In this document: piece after piece, positions 43,754 to 55,596 of the stretch
Layout: every line of letters starts with the position of its first letter
Numbering within the stretch: the stretch's first letter is position 1
Origin: Williopsis jadinii
Lineage: Eukaryota
NCBI GenBank assembly: GCA_024346625.1
Contig: AP024664.1
Span: forward strand, 3,534,001 to 3,598,000
DNA: 64,000 nt
Reading direction: 5' to 3'
Notes under the pieces: generated by a model
The model's database searches: none
What the model was told of the DNA's origin: nothing
What the model saw: the letters and a program-made list of their open reading frames with translations, nothing else
Position numbers and translations under genes: made by a program

Positions 43754-44278
43754 TGTTGTACTTGTATTTGTCAGGAGTTGTATTCTTGTTTGAACTATGT
43801 AGCATTTCTCCCGGCTTTATATAGCCCTCGCAGGAACATCGCTAGCCTTGCCTAATATGGGAAACATTGCATATTGCCACTATGGCCGAATGTTCGGGTT
43901 CTCAGAGTACTAATTAGCCACTAATGTAGCAAAATAAGCCAATTATACAGTGATGAGAAAAAGATGAAGCATGTGCATGGCTGTGTGTATACAATTGAAT
44001 CACAGGCTCTTCAATGGCATTATTTTGTTGAAACAGTGGCGTTTTCTAGACTACTACAACAGTCGTTGGCCCCACAGTCCCAAAATTCTAAGGTTTCTGT
44101 AAACGAAGCAGTATGCTTATGAAGAACCAAGTGCATAGTTCATTACAGAAGAGGAATTCTTCGTTTGATCAAAGCAAAGGTCTCGTTGATACGTTATTGA
44201 TACATCATCGAATACCCAGAACTCCTGCTCTGAGCATAAATGTAATAATATTAGCATTTAGGATCAATCATTCAAGAA

Positions 44279-44350
44279 GCTCGTATGGCGCAGTGGTAGC
44301 GCAGCAGATTGCAAATCTGTTGGTCCTTAGTTCGATCCTGAGTGCGAGCT
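44279..44350 (+). tRNA. tRNA-Cys(GCA)
   Basis: GCTCGTATGGCGCAGTGGTAGCGCAGCAGATTGCAAATCTGTTGGTCCTTAGTTCGATCCTGAGTGCGAGCT; 72 nt; T8 terminator. Confidence 0.97.
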
Positions 44351-45093
44351 TGTTTTTTTTGAAACGTGCACGCCTCTCCTGCAGAGGGGAGCTGCATGGC
44401 ATCACATGAACGCAGCAATTACCAGGGAAACCGATGGGAGCATGAGAGACGGTGATTAAGGGTATACGGTTAATTAAGCGACGTGGACAGGAGGCTGGAG
44501 GCTGGTTCTCTAGAACAGAAGACAAGGATGGATTGAAGGGCGTAGAGCGTAGTTTCCAGCTGATTTTATCGAAGGGCTGTTCTGAATCAACTAATGCTAT
44601 TTTATTGTTTTACCTGTCGATTCTGGTCCCATCATTGAACAGGATACTTGTAGTCCCACTCATCTTTCAGGTATTAGTCATATAAGCTGGATTCCAGCAT
44701 CGATACGTGTGAAAAGATACTTGATACATGCACAAGCATTCAAGAGCCCAGCCTAAAGAAGAGAAGTCTCTTTCATTTCAGCCAATTGAGACCACTTGTC
44801 ATTCCTTTCAAGAAAGTGACACAGCTCTGTCATTTAAAGCACTGAATAACCAAACAAAGAAACGATATGATTCCAGCATCACACTGCTACTCGATTACTT
44901 CTAACTTGTTGCTACGGAAACGGGAGGAAACATGCTCCATAGATTGTAACCTGTGATGAATCTCCAAACTAGAGTTTCGCCGCAATCTCTACGCTGCATT
45001 GAATTCCGTATCCAGTATATATGTATTTCGCGTGTTATGGATATTCATGACGATAGCCATAGGTATATAACGTATAGATAGTGGAGTTGAAGA

Positions 45094-45993
45094 TCACAGA
45101 GTGACCACCCCGGAATCCAGTCTGGAAATCACGGTTTCTTCAGGATCCTCCAAGACCCCTGCTGCCATCAATATCTTATAAGTGTGCACAATTACGGTGT
45201 GACGATCAATCTTTCTGACTCTTCCGACATCTTGGAATTCGACAGTCTTGATCCACTCTTGTGCATCTTCTTCAGTGTAGTCCAAATTGTTGAAGATATA
45301 CTGGACAGCCTCTGTAGGGTTATGAGAGAAGTATGCGATACCGTCTTCGACACCGCTCAAGAAATGCTTCAGATCGTGCGCCTTCTCCTGAACGATCTCA
45401 GTTCTCGCAGTGATGACCCATGATGGCCAAGGGGTGTAGATATCCCCAATGTACTTGACTTCTTTGTTATCGTAGTATCTCTTTGTTGTGAAGTACTCCC
45501 ACATGAAAGCATCGGACGCTTCCACGCCGTCCTTCTTGTTAACAGAGTCTCTCAGATTCTTGAACGTTGAAAGCACTGGGAAGCTTTCGTAGAAAGGCTG
45601 TGGGAAGCCCAGCTGCAACGCCAGAACATAAGCCATGACAAATGATCCTGAACCAATTCTACTGACACCAATCTTCTTACCCGCCAGCTCATTCTTATTA
45701 GTGACATCGCTGTTGATGCCTGTGCTGACGGCCCAGCGCAACGGACTCTTAACATACGTCCCAACCAGTTTATAGTTCTCCTTACCTTGAGCAATACCTC
45801 TCACAAACGCCTCTGTCAGACCAATGGCGATATCAATCGAGTTATCCTCAAGGGATTGGATGAGATGCCCAGATCCAGATGGATAAGGGATCAGCTCAAC
45901 TTCGAGACCGCGCTCTTTGAAGAACCCCTTCGACTGAGCAAAGAACAGCGGAGTGCTGAAGTGTTCTGGGATGTAACCAACTTTCAAAACCAT
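45094..45993 (-). CDS. Periplasmic-binding-protein type 2 fold protein (Ca3427-like, NMT1/SsuA-related)
   Basis: LKVGYIPEHFSTPL, GSGHLI..L....IDIAIGLTE, GVSRIGSGS, DAFMWEYFTTK, IYTPWPSWVI. Confidence 0.8.
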   Translation of the reverse strand: MVLKVGYIPEHFSTPLFFAQSKGFFKERGLEVELIPYPSGSGHLIQSLEDNSIDIAIGLTEAFVRGIAQGKENYKLVGTYVKSPLRWAVSTGINSDVTNKNELAGKKIGVSRIGSGSFVMAYVLALQLGFPQPFYESFPVLSTFKNLRDSVNKKDGVEASDAFMWEYFTTKRYYDNKEVKYIGDIYTPWPSWVITARTEIVQEKAHDLKHFLSGVEDGIAYFSHNPTEAVQYIFNNLDYTEEDAQEWIKTVEFQDVGRVRKIDRHTVIVHTYKILMAAGVLEDPEETVISRLDSGVVTL

Positions 45994-46177
45994 GGCAAGC
46001 AAAGACTGGGGATCAATTGAGTTGATTGAGGCCTTTCTGAGGTGGCAAGTGTAAAGTGTTAGGCAGCAAAGGAACTAAGGGACGTAAAGCATGTGCCAGC
46101 TGGTTTATATGGGTGTCCGGATGTTTTGCCCAAGGGCAAAAAAAAAACAAACCACAAAACCGGCGGTCGAACTTCTG

Positions 46178-46217
<40 letters not shown>

Positions 46218-46218
46218 C
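46178..46218. repeat. (ACA)13 microsatellite just upstream of the DCP2 ATG
   Basis: 13 perfect ACA units ending about 40 nt before the ATG at 46259. Confidence 0.92.
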
Positions 46219-46258
46219 TGCCTCTCTCCAGTGCTTTAAGAGAAGGAAGAAAAGAACA

Positions 46259-48894
46259 ATGTCCATTGCTTTGAGGGATGGATTCCAAGGACAATCACTT
46301 GATCGAGTATTAGAGGATGTTCTCGTGCGATTTGTGCTATTCGCCCAACCGGAAGAGCCTGAAGTAAGTGTGCCTTGTGTATAATGAGTCTTGGTCCAAG
46401 TGTTGTTTACTAATACTTCCGTGTTCAGAGGATCTTCTTTGATATTGAGCTTGCGCTATGGTTCTATCTCGACTTGATACGTACGGAGCATCCGCAGTTG
46501 CAGAACTTCAAGATCAAGGCCTTCAGCAAGAAGTTGGCTGAGCTGTACCCTTTCCTATGGGATGGTGATATCGAGGAAGGGCTGAAAAAGTTCAGCGGCT
46601 ATAAGTCTTTGGTGCCTGTTCGAGGTGTTGCTCTGTTTGACAAGACTTTGACCAAGGTGCTGTTAGTTCAAGGTATAGAATCAAGATCGTGGAGTTTCCC
46701 CAGAGGTAAGATCGAGCAGGACGAAACCGACGTCCAGGCTGCTGTCAGAGAGGCTATGGAAGAGGTTGGTCTTGATGTGAAGCCCTACATCAACGAGAAG
46801 GACTTCATCGAAAGAACTGTCAAAGGGAAAAATTACAAAATCTACTTGTGTAAGAATATACCGGATGACGTTGCATATCGTCCAACTGTTCGAAACGAAA
46901 TCGACGCAATCAACTGGAAAAATTTCAAAAGTTTGATGAAGGAGATTAGAAAGTCTCAAGGCAATTACTTCTTGGTTGCCATGATGATCGGACAGCTGTC
47001 TAAATGGGTTAAGAAGCAGAGAGGTGAAATTGACGAAGAATCTCTCAAATCCGAAGTTGAAGAACAACTCAAGAACATGTTGGGTATTGGCGAAGAACCT
47101 GTCAACGATCCTGGAAGGGAGTTGTTGGAAATTCTCAGAACTGCTACTGCCAAAAAGCAAATACACGACCAACAGGTACACCATGTGCCATTACCAATTA
47201 CAGGGTTCCCAGTTTATCCTTCATTTGGTACGCCATTCCATCCAGCAAATGTTCAACCTTTCAGTAATATGCATTTGATTGCTCCATTTGCACCACCTGT
47301 CATTCCACACCCTGGAATGATCCCTGCATATCCTTTCCCTGTGGGAAATGTTCTCATGGGACCAAGACCACCACTTCCAGCACAACAGCAGCAGCAGCAA
47401 CAACAACCTCCTAACATTGCTCAGCTTCAAAGACCAAGTCTAGTCATGAGAAACGATCTAGGAAGTACAGAACTTTTGGGACTGTTAAACAAGAAAAATG
47501 AAAAGCCCACAGCGAAGAAGTCCCCATTGGCTTCACAGAATGAAACATTGTCAACTGATAGACACAAGGATAGCTTGCTGTCACTTTTGGGGAAATCAGC
47601 ACCTAAAGCAGTCGAACCAAGTGCTTCAAACGCATCGAAGGAACTACTGGGATTAATAAAGAAACCAACAACCGCAGAGGTAAAATCAACACCATTACAG
47701 AAGTCCAATAGTAAGAGCAAACCAAGCAGATCGGCCACTCCACTTGGTAAACAATCCAGACCACAGAGTCCGAAACCTCAAAGGGCCAATAGCCCTAAGC
47801 CAAAGATTAAGATCTTGAAAAGAGAAGATAAGAGTACAACACCACTCAAGACTGAATCTAAGCAGTCCAATTCAAATTCAAAATCAGCTAAAACTTCATC
47901 AGCCGAAGGATCTACAACCCCTAATGCAGAATTGTTGAGGTTAATCCAACAATCTCGTGAAGCTGAGGATGACGATGCTGAATTATTCGAAGACTTTACC
48001 GATACAGAAGATGACCTAGGCATTACACCCGAAGATAAAGGCGAGGTACGTGTACCTTCACCTGAACCTATCAAGGTTCCAAGTTTCCACAAGGGGTTTG
48101 AAGAACGTGGAACAACTCCACCAAAAAAATTCAAAATCTTGAAAAGAGGAGAAGAACTTAAGGCTGTATCACCAATTCTAAATGAAGACTTGATACCTCA
48201 TACAATGGCGGGAAATGAAAGTATAGCTTCTATAATCGATTTTTCTGATAGAAGCGGAGACGAAGTCGAGGCTGGCAACTCTTTCGAGGGTCCTGTTGGA
48301 CTTGAAAATGATGGAGTTTCCGGTTCACAAGGAGTCACCATGAATGGAGGGTCTTCTACTAGTGATGGGACTGAAACTCAGTCTAAAAGCGATTTGAATG
48401 CAACTAATAACGGAATGGTTAAAGAGTCTGATCACATCTTGTCCTCTCCTAGCGATGAGTTGATGGGACTTTTACGCAAGGGTACTGAACCGAAACAAGG
48501 AAAAGATTCAGTAGCAAGCGCAGAGCTATTTTCCATGTTGCACAAATCACCAGACCAAAATCAAAAGAAAGCCACAACTGGTGATATCGAACAACTACCA
48601 AAGGTTAATAAAGAGGCTAGTAATGAGTTAATGTCAGCACTTTTTTCAAAACCAGCTCCAGCACCAACCACACCAAATGTTATTGACCAGTACCCACAGA
48701 CACAGGTGGAGCAGACCCCAAGAGAACCAGGGACACATTCATCAGGGTTGATGAGTTTACTCACTAAGACACCAAGTTCTAACTCGGCATCATCACCTGC
48801 TCCAATTCTTGCAACTACTTCATCAACTACGGAGAATCAGGATTCACAAAGCAAACACTCAAAGAACCTTTTGAATTTACTCTTCAAGAGATGA
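46259..48894 (+). CDS. DCP2: mRNA decapping enzyme catalytic subunit Dcp2; two exons (46259-46363, 46429-48894), about 856 aa
   Basis: Box A MSIALRDGF...LDRVLEDVLVRFV...E/RIFFDIELALWFYLD; Nudix WSFPRGKIEQDETDVQAAVREAMEEVG; repeated LLxLL motifs in the tail. Confidence 0.93.
46364..46428 (+). other. Spliceosomal intron, 65 nt, phase 0, variant branch point TACTAAT
   Basis: GTAAGT donor, TACTAAT at 46408-46414, CAG acceptor; joins Box A in frame; contains in-frame TAA TGA. Confidence 0.85.
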
Positions 48895-49010
48895 TATAAG
48901 TACCTACGACGAATTCTTAAGCTTGAGTTATAAGCTAGTATTATTTCCAGCTTAATTCGAGGTTTTTTTTCTTCTTCTAAATATGTAAGTTAGATGCCAT
49001 GTGTTGCAAT

Positions 49011-50372
49011 TCAAAACACATATGGAATGAACATGTACGGAACCTCAGCCTTGTATTTGATCCAGTCATCACCGTATTTCTTCTCCAACTTAGCCTGGTC
49101 TCTAAATGCTCTATGGACCAATACGATAGTGAAGAAGATAGGGAAGAACCAAGGCAATGGAGAAGCAGTACCACAGACCAAACCCCAGATCATGGCTTGT
49201 GTCCAATCAGCTGTGTAATGTGGCTTTCTAGCGTATTTCCACCATCCATCAACAAGGAAATGGGATCCAAGCTTTGTAACCAAATACTTTGGGTTCTCAA
49301 TATATTGGTAAGGCAACTGTGGGAAAGTTTTTCTGACAAGGAGATCTCCTTCCAATCTCTTTCTGAAGTAGCTCTTTTGGGAGTTACAAGTGTCAAAGAA
49401 GTAGTATGCAATGATATATACGGCGTACAATGCAATCATGTAACTTGTGGACCAATTGTACTCACTTGGGTCATGGTAAGAGAGGTACAAAGTACAATGG
49501 CAATAAGTGAATGGGACACCGGCAATGTTCCAGAAGATCAACATGAAACCGAATTTTTCGTACGCCATATCCCAGGTTGGACAGATCAACTCCTCACCTT
49601 TGGCACATGCATTGGCATATGACCAATGCGCCAGGAGTAACAGTCCCATCTGTGATGTCAAGTAACCGTATTGCTCGATCTGTCTCAAGGAGGCACTCAA
49701 AGTGAGGAAGTAAAGGATAAACCATGGAATTCTGACTTCAAAAAACATTTTCCAGTCGAGGATACCAAGTCTTGGGTTCAATGGTGCGCCCATAAAGAAG
49801 TCATACACGTGATACCCGGTCATACGGTGATAATCGTGGGTGATGAACAGAGTTGTGAAGTACATGGCAAAGGTGAAGACAAAGCCGACAATGATGGCGG
49901 CAGTCATGATCTGGCCGAACAAGTCCAAGATCGTGTATAGTGGAAAGATTCCAGAGAAGTGCAATGCCAACGCAACAACGTTAGAGACGTAGAAGGACCA
50001 CATTGCGTTACAGAAGTATGGCAATTGCTTACCTTTCAAGTGCTTCAAATGTTGACCTTTGACCCAAACACCAGGCCAGATGTAATAGAACGCAACCTGG
50101 GTAACAAAGAAAGTGAGGAAGATCCTCCAGGCCCTGCAAGATGGAACACCGTGCTCGAGGAAGATTTGCCACAAGTGTTGGAAGAATTGTGGGAAGGTCT
50201 CACCCTTGGCCGGCGTTGCAAATTGGCCGTTGTAGAACTCAGCGCTGATCCACATATACCACATCAGCAGCGGGAATCCAATCATCATACCAAGAACCCC
50301 TGGCACACCGCCGAATTCCCATTCGATGTCCTCCTTCTTCACGTATTTGCCTTCTGCAGCGTTGTCAGCCAT
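49011..50372 (-). CDS. ERG4: Delta24(24(1))-sterol reductase (in-frame upstream ATG also at 50447)
   Basis: [84 protein letters not shown]. Confidence 0.95.
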   Translation of the reverse strand: MADNAAEGKYVKKEDIEWEFGGVPGVLGMMIGFPLLMWYMWISAEFYNGQFATPAKGETFPQFFQHLWQIFLEHGVPSCRAWRIFLTFFVTQVAFYYIWPGVWVKGQHLKHLKGKQLPYFCNAMWSFYVSNVVALALHFSGIFPLYTILDLFGQIMTAAIIVGFVFTFAMYFTTLFITHDYHRMTGYHVYDFFMGAPLNPRLGILDWKMFFEVRIPWFILYFLTLSASLRQIEQYGYLTSQMGLLLLAHWSYANACAKGEELICPTWDMAYEKFGFMLIFWNIAGVPFTYCHCTLYLSYHDPSEYNWSTSYMIALYAVYIIAYYFFDTCNSQKSYFRKRLEGDLLVRKTFPQLPYQYIENPKYLVTKLGSHFLVDGWWKYARKPHYTADWTQAMIWGLVCGTASPLPWFFPIFFTIVLVHRAFRDQAKLEKKYGDDWIKYKAEVPYMFIPYVF

Positions 50373-50515
50373 CTTAACCGTGGTTTTATCGCTGAGTGAA
50401 CTGAACCCTCGTGTTTGTTTACATCTACGGAGAAGAAGGAAGTTCATGGAAAATCACCCGTTGAGGTTTTTGTGTGCTTCGATGAAGGCTCGGAGAAACG
50501 TTGCTTGCGGACTTT

Positions 50516-50557
50516 ACGCGTGTCCGAGGTTTCGTTTGAAGACGCGTCGTTAAACGA
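50516..50557. promoter_or_regulatory. ERG4 upstream: SRE-like TCGTTTA (minus strand, 50551-50557) and two MCB (ACGCGT) hexamers
   Basis: TAAACGA at 50551; ACGCGT at 50516 and 50542. Confidence 0.4.
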
Positions 50558-51037
50558 GCGATGAGCAGTCTGTGAGCCGGGTAAATAAGCGAAGCAAGCG
50601 TAGCAATTATTTTGTGTGGGGCCAAAAGTGTTATAATCTCTCACGGAAAAGCACCTGTTGGTGTGAGCTTGTTGAATTGGTGCCAGCTTGTACCGTTGGC
50701 CCGCTTCCAGGTTGAACGACCTGCCTAATTTAGCCTGGTGTGCTGGTATTATTTAGTGGATCTCGCTCAGTGAAGCTGAAAGCATATGGAGCTAGGACGA
50801 GTCACGTGCTCTACATGCATTTAATAGCACAACGACCAAGTACGCCATCCTCGCGTGTGTTAAAAAGCAATATATTGGACTCAGTAGATTCCATTCAGAG
50901 GAGAAACTCAGCTATTTGCTTCTGATAAACGTCTCCACCAATGATGATCTCCTATTTACCCCAAGCACGCACAACTGCAGCAATATGCGCGCTGTATATT
51001 TAGCCGGCACACTCCGAAGGGGAAGAGAGCAAAAAAA

Positions 51038-51111
51038 CGACCTCGGTCAGGATTGAACTGACGATCTCACGATTAACAGTCGTGCGCCTTAACCAACTTG
51101 GCCACGAAGTC
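51038..51111 (-). tRNA. tRNA-Asn(GTT)
   Basis: Reverse complement GACTTCGTGGCCAAGTTGGTTAAGGCGCACGACTGTTAATCGTGAGATCGTCAGTTCAATCCTGACCGAGGTCG; 74 nt; T7 terminator. Confidence 0.97.
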
Positions 51112-51311
51112 ATCTGGATATTTGGAAAATTTCTGGGATACACCCACTTTGGGAGTTTGGTGCAACGCAGAAGAGAACAGCTCTAGTTGTTTCTTAATAG
51201 ACTTGAGATGCAATTGAAAGAGATGAATTGTTTAAAAAAGCAATATTTGTTACTTTAAAATATTCTTGAGAAGAGATCATGTCCTTTCTTTATCTAAAAC
51301 AGGCTAAAGGT

Positions 51312-51383
51312 GCTCATCTATTTCTCACTGCGGGACACAGAGCTCATCTCATCACAGCAGAAAAAAATTAGAGAAAAATTTCA
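51312..51383. promoter_or_regulatory. PAC and RRPE ribosome-biogenesis elements upstream of NOP13
   Basis: GCTCATC at 51312, GCTCATCTCATC at 51342, GAAAAATTTCA at 51373. Confidence 0.65.
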
Positions 51384-51452
51384 TAGCCTTTTCGGCTTTA
51401 CTTGTATTGGACATAAAAGTTTTCATTAAAGGGCTATAGGAGGAAGTGAACA

Positions 51453-52616
51453 ATGTCAGCCACAGAAGAGGTACACGGGAAAAAGAGACAGCTTGACGAG
51501 ATTGAGATTGATCTGAGTCAAACTGCGCCTTTGTCAAAGAAGCAAAAACGTTTACTGAGAAAGGGTAAATTGGACCTGACCAAATTGGAACAAGCTCAGA
51601 AGGAAGAAGCTGAAAGGCTCATAGAAAGTGCTAAAAATGAAACTGAACAGCCCGAAGCCACAGCAGATGAGGAAAAGGCTGAAGGAACTGAGCAAGAAAA
51701 GAAGAAGAAAGAGAAGAAAGAGCCCAAGTTTGGTGTATGGATTGGGAACATGGCATTTGATACTGAGAAGGGAGACGTTGTGAGATTTATCGTTTCCAAG
51801 ACTGCTGAATTACCAGAGTATTCCACAGAACTTTCTGATGATGAACCATGTAAGGTCACAGAGAAAGACGTGGCAAGATTCAATTTGCCAAATCAATCTG
51901 GCTCGAAGAAGATTAAAGGTTTTGCCTATGTCGACTTCAACACCAAAAACCACCAATTGGCAGTCATACAGCTAAGTGAACAACAGTTGAACGGGAGAAA
52001 CTTGCTCATCAAGGATTCCAAATCATTTGCAGGTAGACCGACAAAGGAAGATGTTGAACTTTCAAAGAATCCACCGTCTAGAATTCTGTTCGTTGGTAAC
52101 CTCTCCTTTGATACCACCCAAGAGATGCTCACTGACCAATTCCAGCACTGTGGTGAGATTGTAAAGATCCGTATGGCAACTTTCCAGGATACCGGTAAGT
52201 GTAAAGGGTTTGCATTTATCGATTTCAAAGATGAAGAAGGTCCAACAAAGGCCCTAAAGGACAAATCCTGCAGAAAACTGCTGAGTAGAACTTTGAGAAT
52301 GGAATACGGTGAAGACAGATCCAAGAGAACTCCTAACCATATAAGTAAGGACAAGAATGGCTCTGATGACCGCAATAATGTTTCTCGCGGTGAGGAGCCT
52401 TCATCTGCACCTCCTCCAGCTCATCTCAAGACACACACTGAGAGACCAATCAGGGAGAGAAAGGTCAGTGACCAGAAGCAAACAAAGAGAAGAAGTGCTC
52501 ACTCCAGGGCAGACAAGCCTGACCATAGACAGAAATCAAGTATTGCCCTCGCTACTGCACAGAGAGGAAGCGCAGCAATCGTCAAATCAACCGGTAAGAA
52601 GACAACCTTTGATTGA
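51453..52616 (+). CDS. NOP13: Nucleolar RNA-binding protein with two RRMs
   Basis: EIEIDL....PLSKKQKRLLRKGK, FGVWIGNM.FDT, KNPPSRILFVGNLSFDTT, IRMATFQDTGKCKGFAFIDF, SSIALATAQR...AIVKSTGKK..FD. Confidence 0.92.
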   Translation: MSATEEVHGKKRQLDEIEIDLSQTAPLSKKQKRLLRKGKLDLTKLEQAQKEEAERLIESAKNETEQPEATADEEKAEGTEQEKKKKEKKEPKFGVWIGNMAFDTEKGDVVRFIVSKTAELPEYSTELSDDEPCKVTEKDVARFNLPNQSGSKKIKGFAYVDFNTKNHQLAVIQLSEQQLNGRNLLIKDSKSFAGRPTKEDVELSKNPPSRILFVGNLSFDTTQEMLTDQFQHCGEIVKIRMATFQDTGKCKGFAFIDFKDEEGPTKALKDKSCRKLLSRTLRMEYGEDRSKRTPNHISKDKNGSDDRNNVSRGEEPSSAPPPAHLKTHTERPIRERKVSDQKQTKRRSAHSRADKPDHRQKSSIALATAQRGSAAIVKSTGKKTTFD

Positions 52617-53496
52617 ACACATCCACGTACTTGCACAATCCGGGACATTGAAGACTGATCTATCAACTTACCAGCGCACCATGTACGGTGCACATAAAGA
52701 CAGAACAAGCTTGCATATATATTGACCGCATGCTTGTTATGTAAGTAATCTATATCATCTTCGTATACAACTTCCAGCGTTGCCCTGTCCTCGTAGTAGT
52801 AACTGGGCCAAGATAAATGTTCTAGACTCTGGGACTAGATTTAGAGTTTTAGTCCAACGGTCCAGATCGCCATCTGCACGCGTACATTTAGTACAGCCAC
52901 AGCAGCCTCCTTTTGGGGGGAGAGACGTTTTTAGAAGCGGTTACCACGGTTACAACGAATAAAAGACCGTGGACACATCCTCACACCATCCTATTTCTGT
53001 GCGATTGTTCTATGCAGGAAAACCCAAAGTCATAAAAATAGATCAAGGACTAAGACAAAAGATGGCTTCTTCGTTGAAATGGGCCTAAAGCTGTAAAGCT
53101 GTAAAGAACCAAAAACGCAAAAAAAAATCCTAAAAAAAAATCAACCAGTTGCCCTGCCCACAAACATTTCATCGTTACAACTATTGCCCCTTGTTTTCTG
53201 GTTCACACTCAGCAAAGCGAACCGTCACTCTTCATCAAGGTGCCATAGCAGAGAGAAGCGGAAGAAAAAGTTAACCTCACGATCGTTTATCAAACAGCTT
53301 GTTGTGTTTTTTTCGTCTGGACTTAACGCGTTTGACACTTGTGTTTTTTTGCCAGGGTTTTCAGCTTTTTGTTTCTTTTTTGTTTACTTGTGTGTTTCAC
53401 CTGTTTCATTATTTACGGTGGTGCTACCGTTATTGGAAGGTCCACAGAGCACACACTTTACCACACACATAGAGAAGGAACACAGTTGTCGGCGAT

Positions 53497-55086
53497 ATGT
53501 CTCACCGTAACAGTACCTCTGTTTCAACGGGTGCTTTTGGTTCCACCGTGACCACGTCTGTCGACTGGGGAGAGCTGGAGAGCTCGTTGACATCATCAAC
53601 ATCCTTCCTGTCGTCATCCACTTTCTACTCCAGTAATAATGAGAGTGTGCTATCAACCACTTCAGAGTATGGTTTTGCTGAAGCGGTAGGGTCGACAACG
53701 CCAGAGAGCCAGATATCGTCATCCATCGGCCAGTCAGCTGCACAGTCAACGGGTTCAATCAGTGAAGCTTTAATGTCAAGTTCCAGTGCAGGTGTAAGTT
53801 CTTCAGTTCTATCCAGCTCGTCGCCGTCGATTTCGTGGTCCTCGCTGAATATGAGCTTCAACTCCACGTACGGTTCCCATTTGACTGGCTTTGCAGCTTC
53901 AACTGCAAGTGCAACTTCCGCGTTAGAGTCTAGTTCGAGCCACAGCTCAAGTTCAAGGACAAGCCAGACTACAAGAACTGGAGGGAGAACTACTCGCAGT
54001 TTATCGTCTTCATCCTCATCGGTCTCATCTTCAGACGAGCCTTCCCCAGACATGACCACTTCTTTCACCGTCTCATCTACGGAGGAAGCCTCAACAACCA
54101 TTTACTATTCACAAGAGTACTACATCACAGATTCAGAAACGACATTCACAACGTTTATACCCACAATGACAGTCGTTGATGCAACGTCTACACCTACACA
54201 GACCAAAGCCACGATAACCACAGACCTCGCATTCTTGGAGAATGCTAATCTATACAGTGCTAGCCACTCAAACTCTTCAACTGATAGTACGAACCGAGGA
54301 GGTATTATTGGAGGTGCCATTGGCGGTGTTGCTGGATTCATCATCGCCATTGTTCTGCTGTGGTTATGGCGTCGCCATAATACCCGCAAACGGGGAGAGA
54401 AGAAGGGATTTTCTCACTCGATAACCTCTACAAGACGGTATGACGAAGAGATGTTCAAAGAAAAGAATGACTCAGGAGACAACTCCAAGCTTTCGATGAG
54501 CGGGTTATTCTCCTGGCTAAAGAGAACTCACTCGAACACTTCGACTCACTCGTCAGTATCAACAAACCCCTCTTCAGCTGGATTGGACGGTCTAAGATCA
54601 TCAATATTACAAGAACAGGAACTCCAACAGCTGAACCGTTATGCACAGCCATACGGACAACTATCTTCACAGCAGAGAGAAAGAGTTCAAGGATATGAAA
54701 CCATGAGAAGAATTCATACAGTTGAGGAAGATGAGGAATCACCAGTGGAATCACCAGTGGCCTATAGCAAGAAACATTCACAGACTTACAAGTCATCAAG
54801 ATTACAAAACCCAAGGTTGTTAATCCAACAGCAGGAGAATCCATTTGAAGAGACGAGGAGAAGACCACCACCACCACCACCTCCTCCTCCAGCAGCCAGA
54901 AAATCTACTGCTACAATGGCGATGCTTGACCACCATCGTTCTGGAAGTGCAAGTCGACATTCAAGTGCATCACAGGATTCGAGCGTACTGAGTGATTCAG
55001 GAGACAGCGATGACAGTTTACTTGCAGAGAACGATGGAAACGCAGGTTCTAGTGCACAGAGAGGATTCTTTGTAGAGATTGTTTAA
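53497..55086 (+). CDS. TDA7: Ser/Thr-rich single-pass membrane protein, Tda7-like
   Basis: Ser/Thr-rich ectodomain, TM GGIIGGAIGGVAGFIIAIVLLWLW, KGFSHSI, poly-Pro, C-terminal GFFVEIV; lies between NOP13 and MRPL22 as TDA7 does in S. cerevisiae. Confidence 0.7.
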   Translation: MSHRNSTSVSTGAFGSTVTTSVDWGELESSLTSSTSFLSSSTFYSSNNESVLSTTSEYGFAEAVGSTTPESQISSSIGQSAAQSTGSISEALMSSSSAGVSSSVLSSSSPSISWSSLNMSFNSTYGSHLTGFAASTASATSALESSSSHSSSSRTSQTTRTGGRTTRSLSSSSSSVSSSDEPSPDMTTSFTVSSTEEASTTIYYSQEYYITDSETTFTTFIPTMTVVDATSTPTQTKATITTDLAFLENANLYSASHSNSSTDSTNRGGIIGGAIGGVAGFIIAIVLLWLWRRHNTRKRGEKKGFSHSITSTRRYDEEMFKEKNDSGDNSKLSMSGLFSWLKRTHSNTSTHSSVSTNPSSAGLDGLRSSILQEQELQQLNRYAQPYGQLSSQQRERVQGYETMRRIHTVEEDEESPVESPVAYSKKHSQTYKSSRLQNPRLLIQQQENPFEETRRRPPPPPPPPPAARKSTATMAMLDHHRSGSASRHSSASQDSSVLSDSGDSDDSLLAENDGNAGSSAQRGFFVEIV

Positions 55087-55254
55087 ATTACAAGATACGT
55101 TTGAAACAAAAGACACATTGTTTCAACCTTCTCCAAGTTTGTCAACCTAGAATTTACCATAACATTTCCACCTGTACCATATCCTATATCCCCTATGAAG
55201 TTACTGGGAAACACGCACCGGCCTATATCCCAGTGTGTATTATCAGTCCCAGTC

Positions 55255-55596
55255 TTAGATGCTAAGATGAAGCTGGCTCGCCTCCATAACCAACATCTGT
55301 TCCTTGTACTTTTCCGCCTCCTCAGAAGACGATATGTACTTCCAGCCCAGATACTCATGGCACTGTACGCATCGAACATCCTTCACAAGGTACGTGCCAG
55401 TTCTCAGCCTGCGCTTCTCGATAGAGCCTTCGTCCAAGTTTACTGCCCTCGACACCAACAGCCCTTGCCCTGTTATCCCCGTAAACGAATCTGACACAAT
55501 CTGACAGGATTGGAAGATGTGAGCATGGCAGTTCTCACACATATAGACAGAGTTTCCCTTCGTACGCTTGAGCTGTTGTTGATAGTATAGCCCCAT
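55255..55596 (-). CDS. MOH1: Yippee-family zinc-binding protein
   Basis: MGLYY..., CENC, S.SFTG.TG.G.L....N, R.LRTG.Y.V.DV.CVQC...LGWKY......EKYKE; start taken at the conserved MGL. Confidence 0.88.
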   Translation of the reverse strand: MGLYYQQQLKRTKGNSVYMCENCHAHIFQSCQIVSDSFTGITGQGLLVSRAVNLDEGSIEKRRLRTGTYLVKDVRCVQCHEYLGWKYISSSEEAEKYKEQMLVMEASQLHLSI

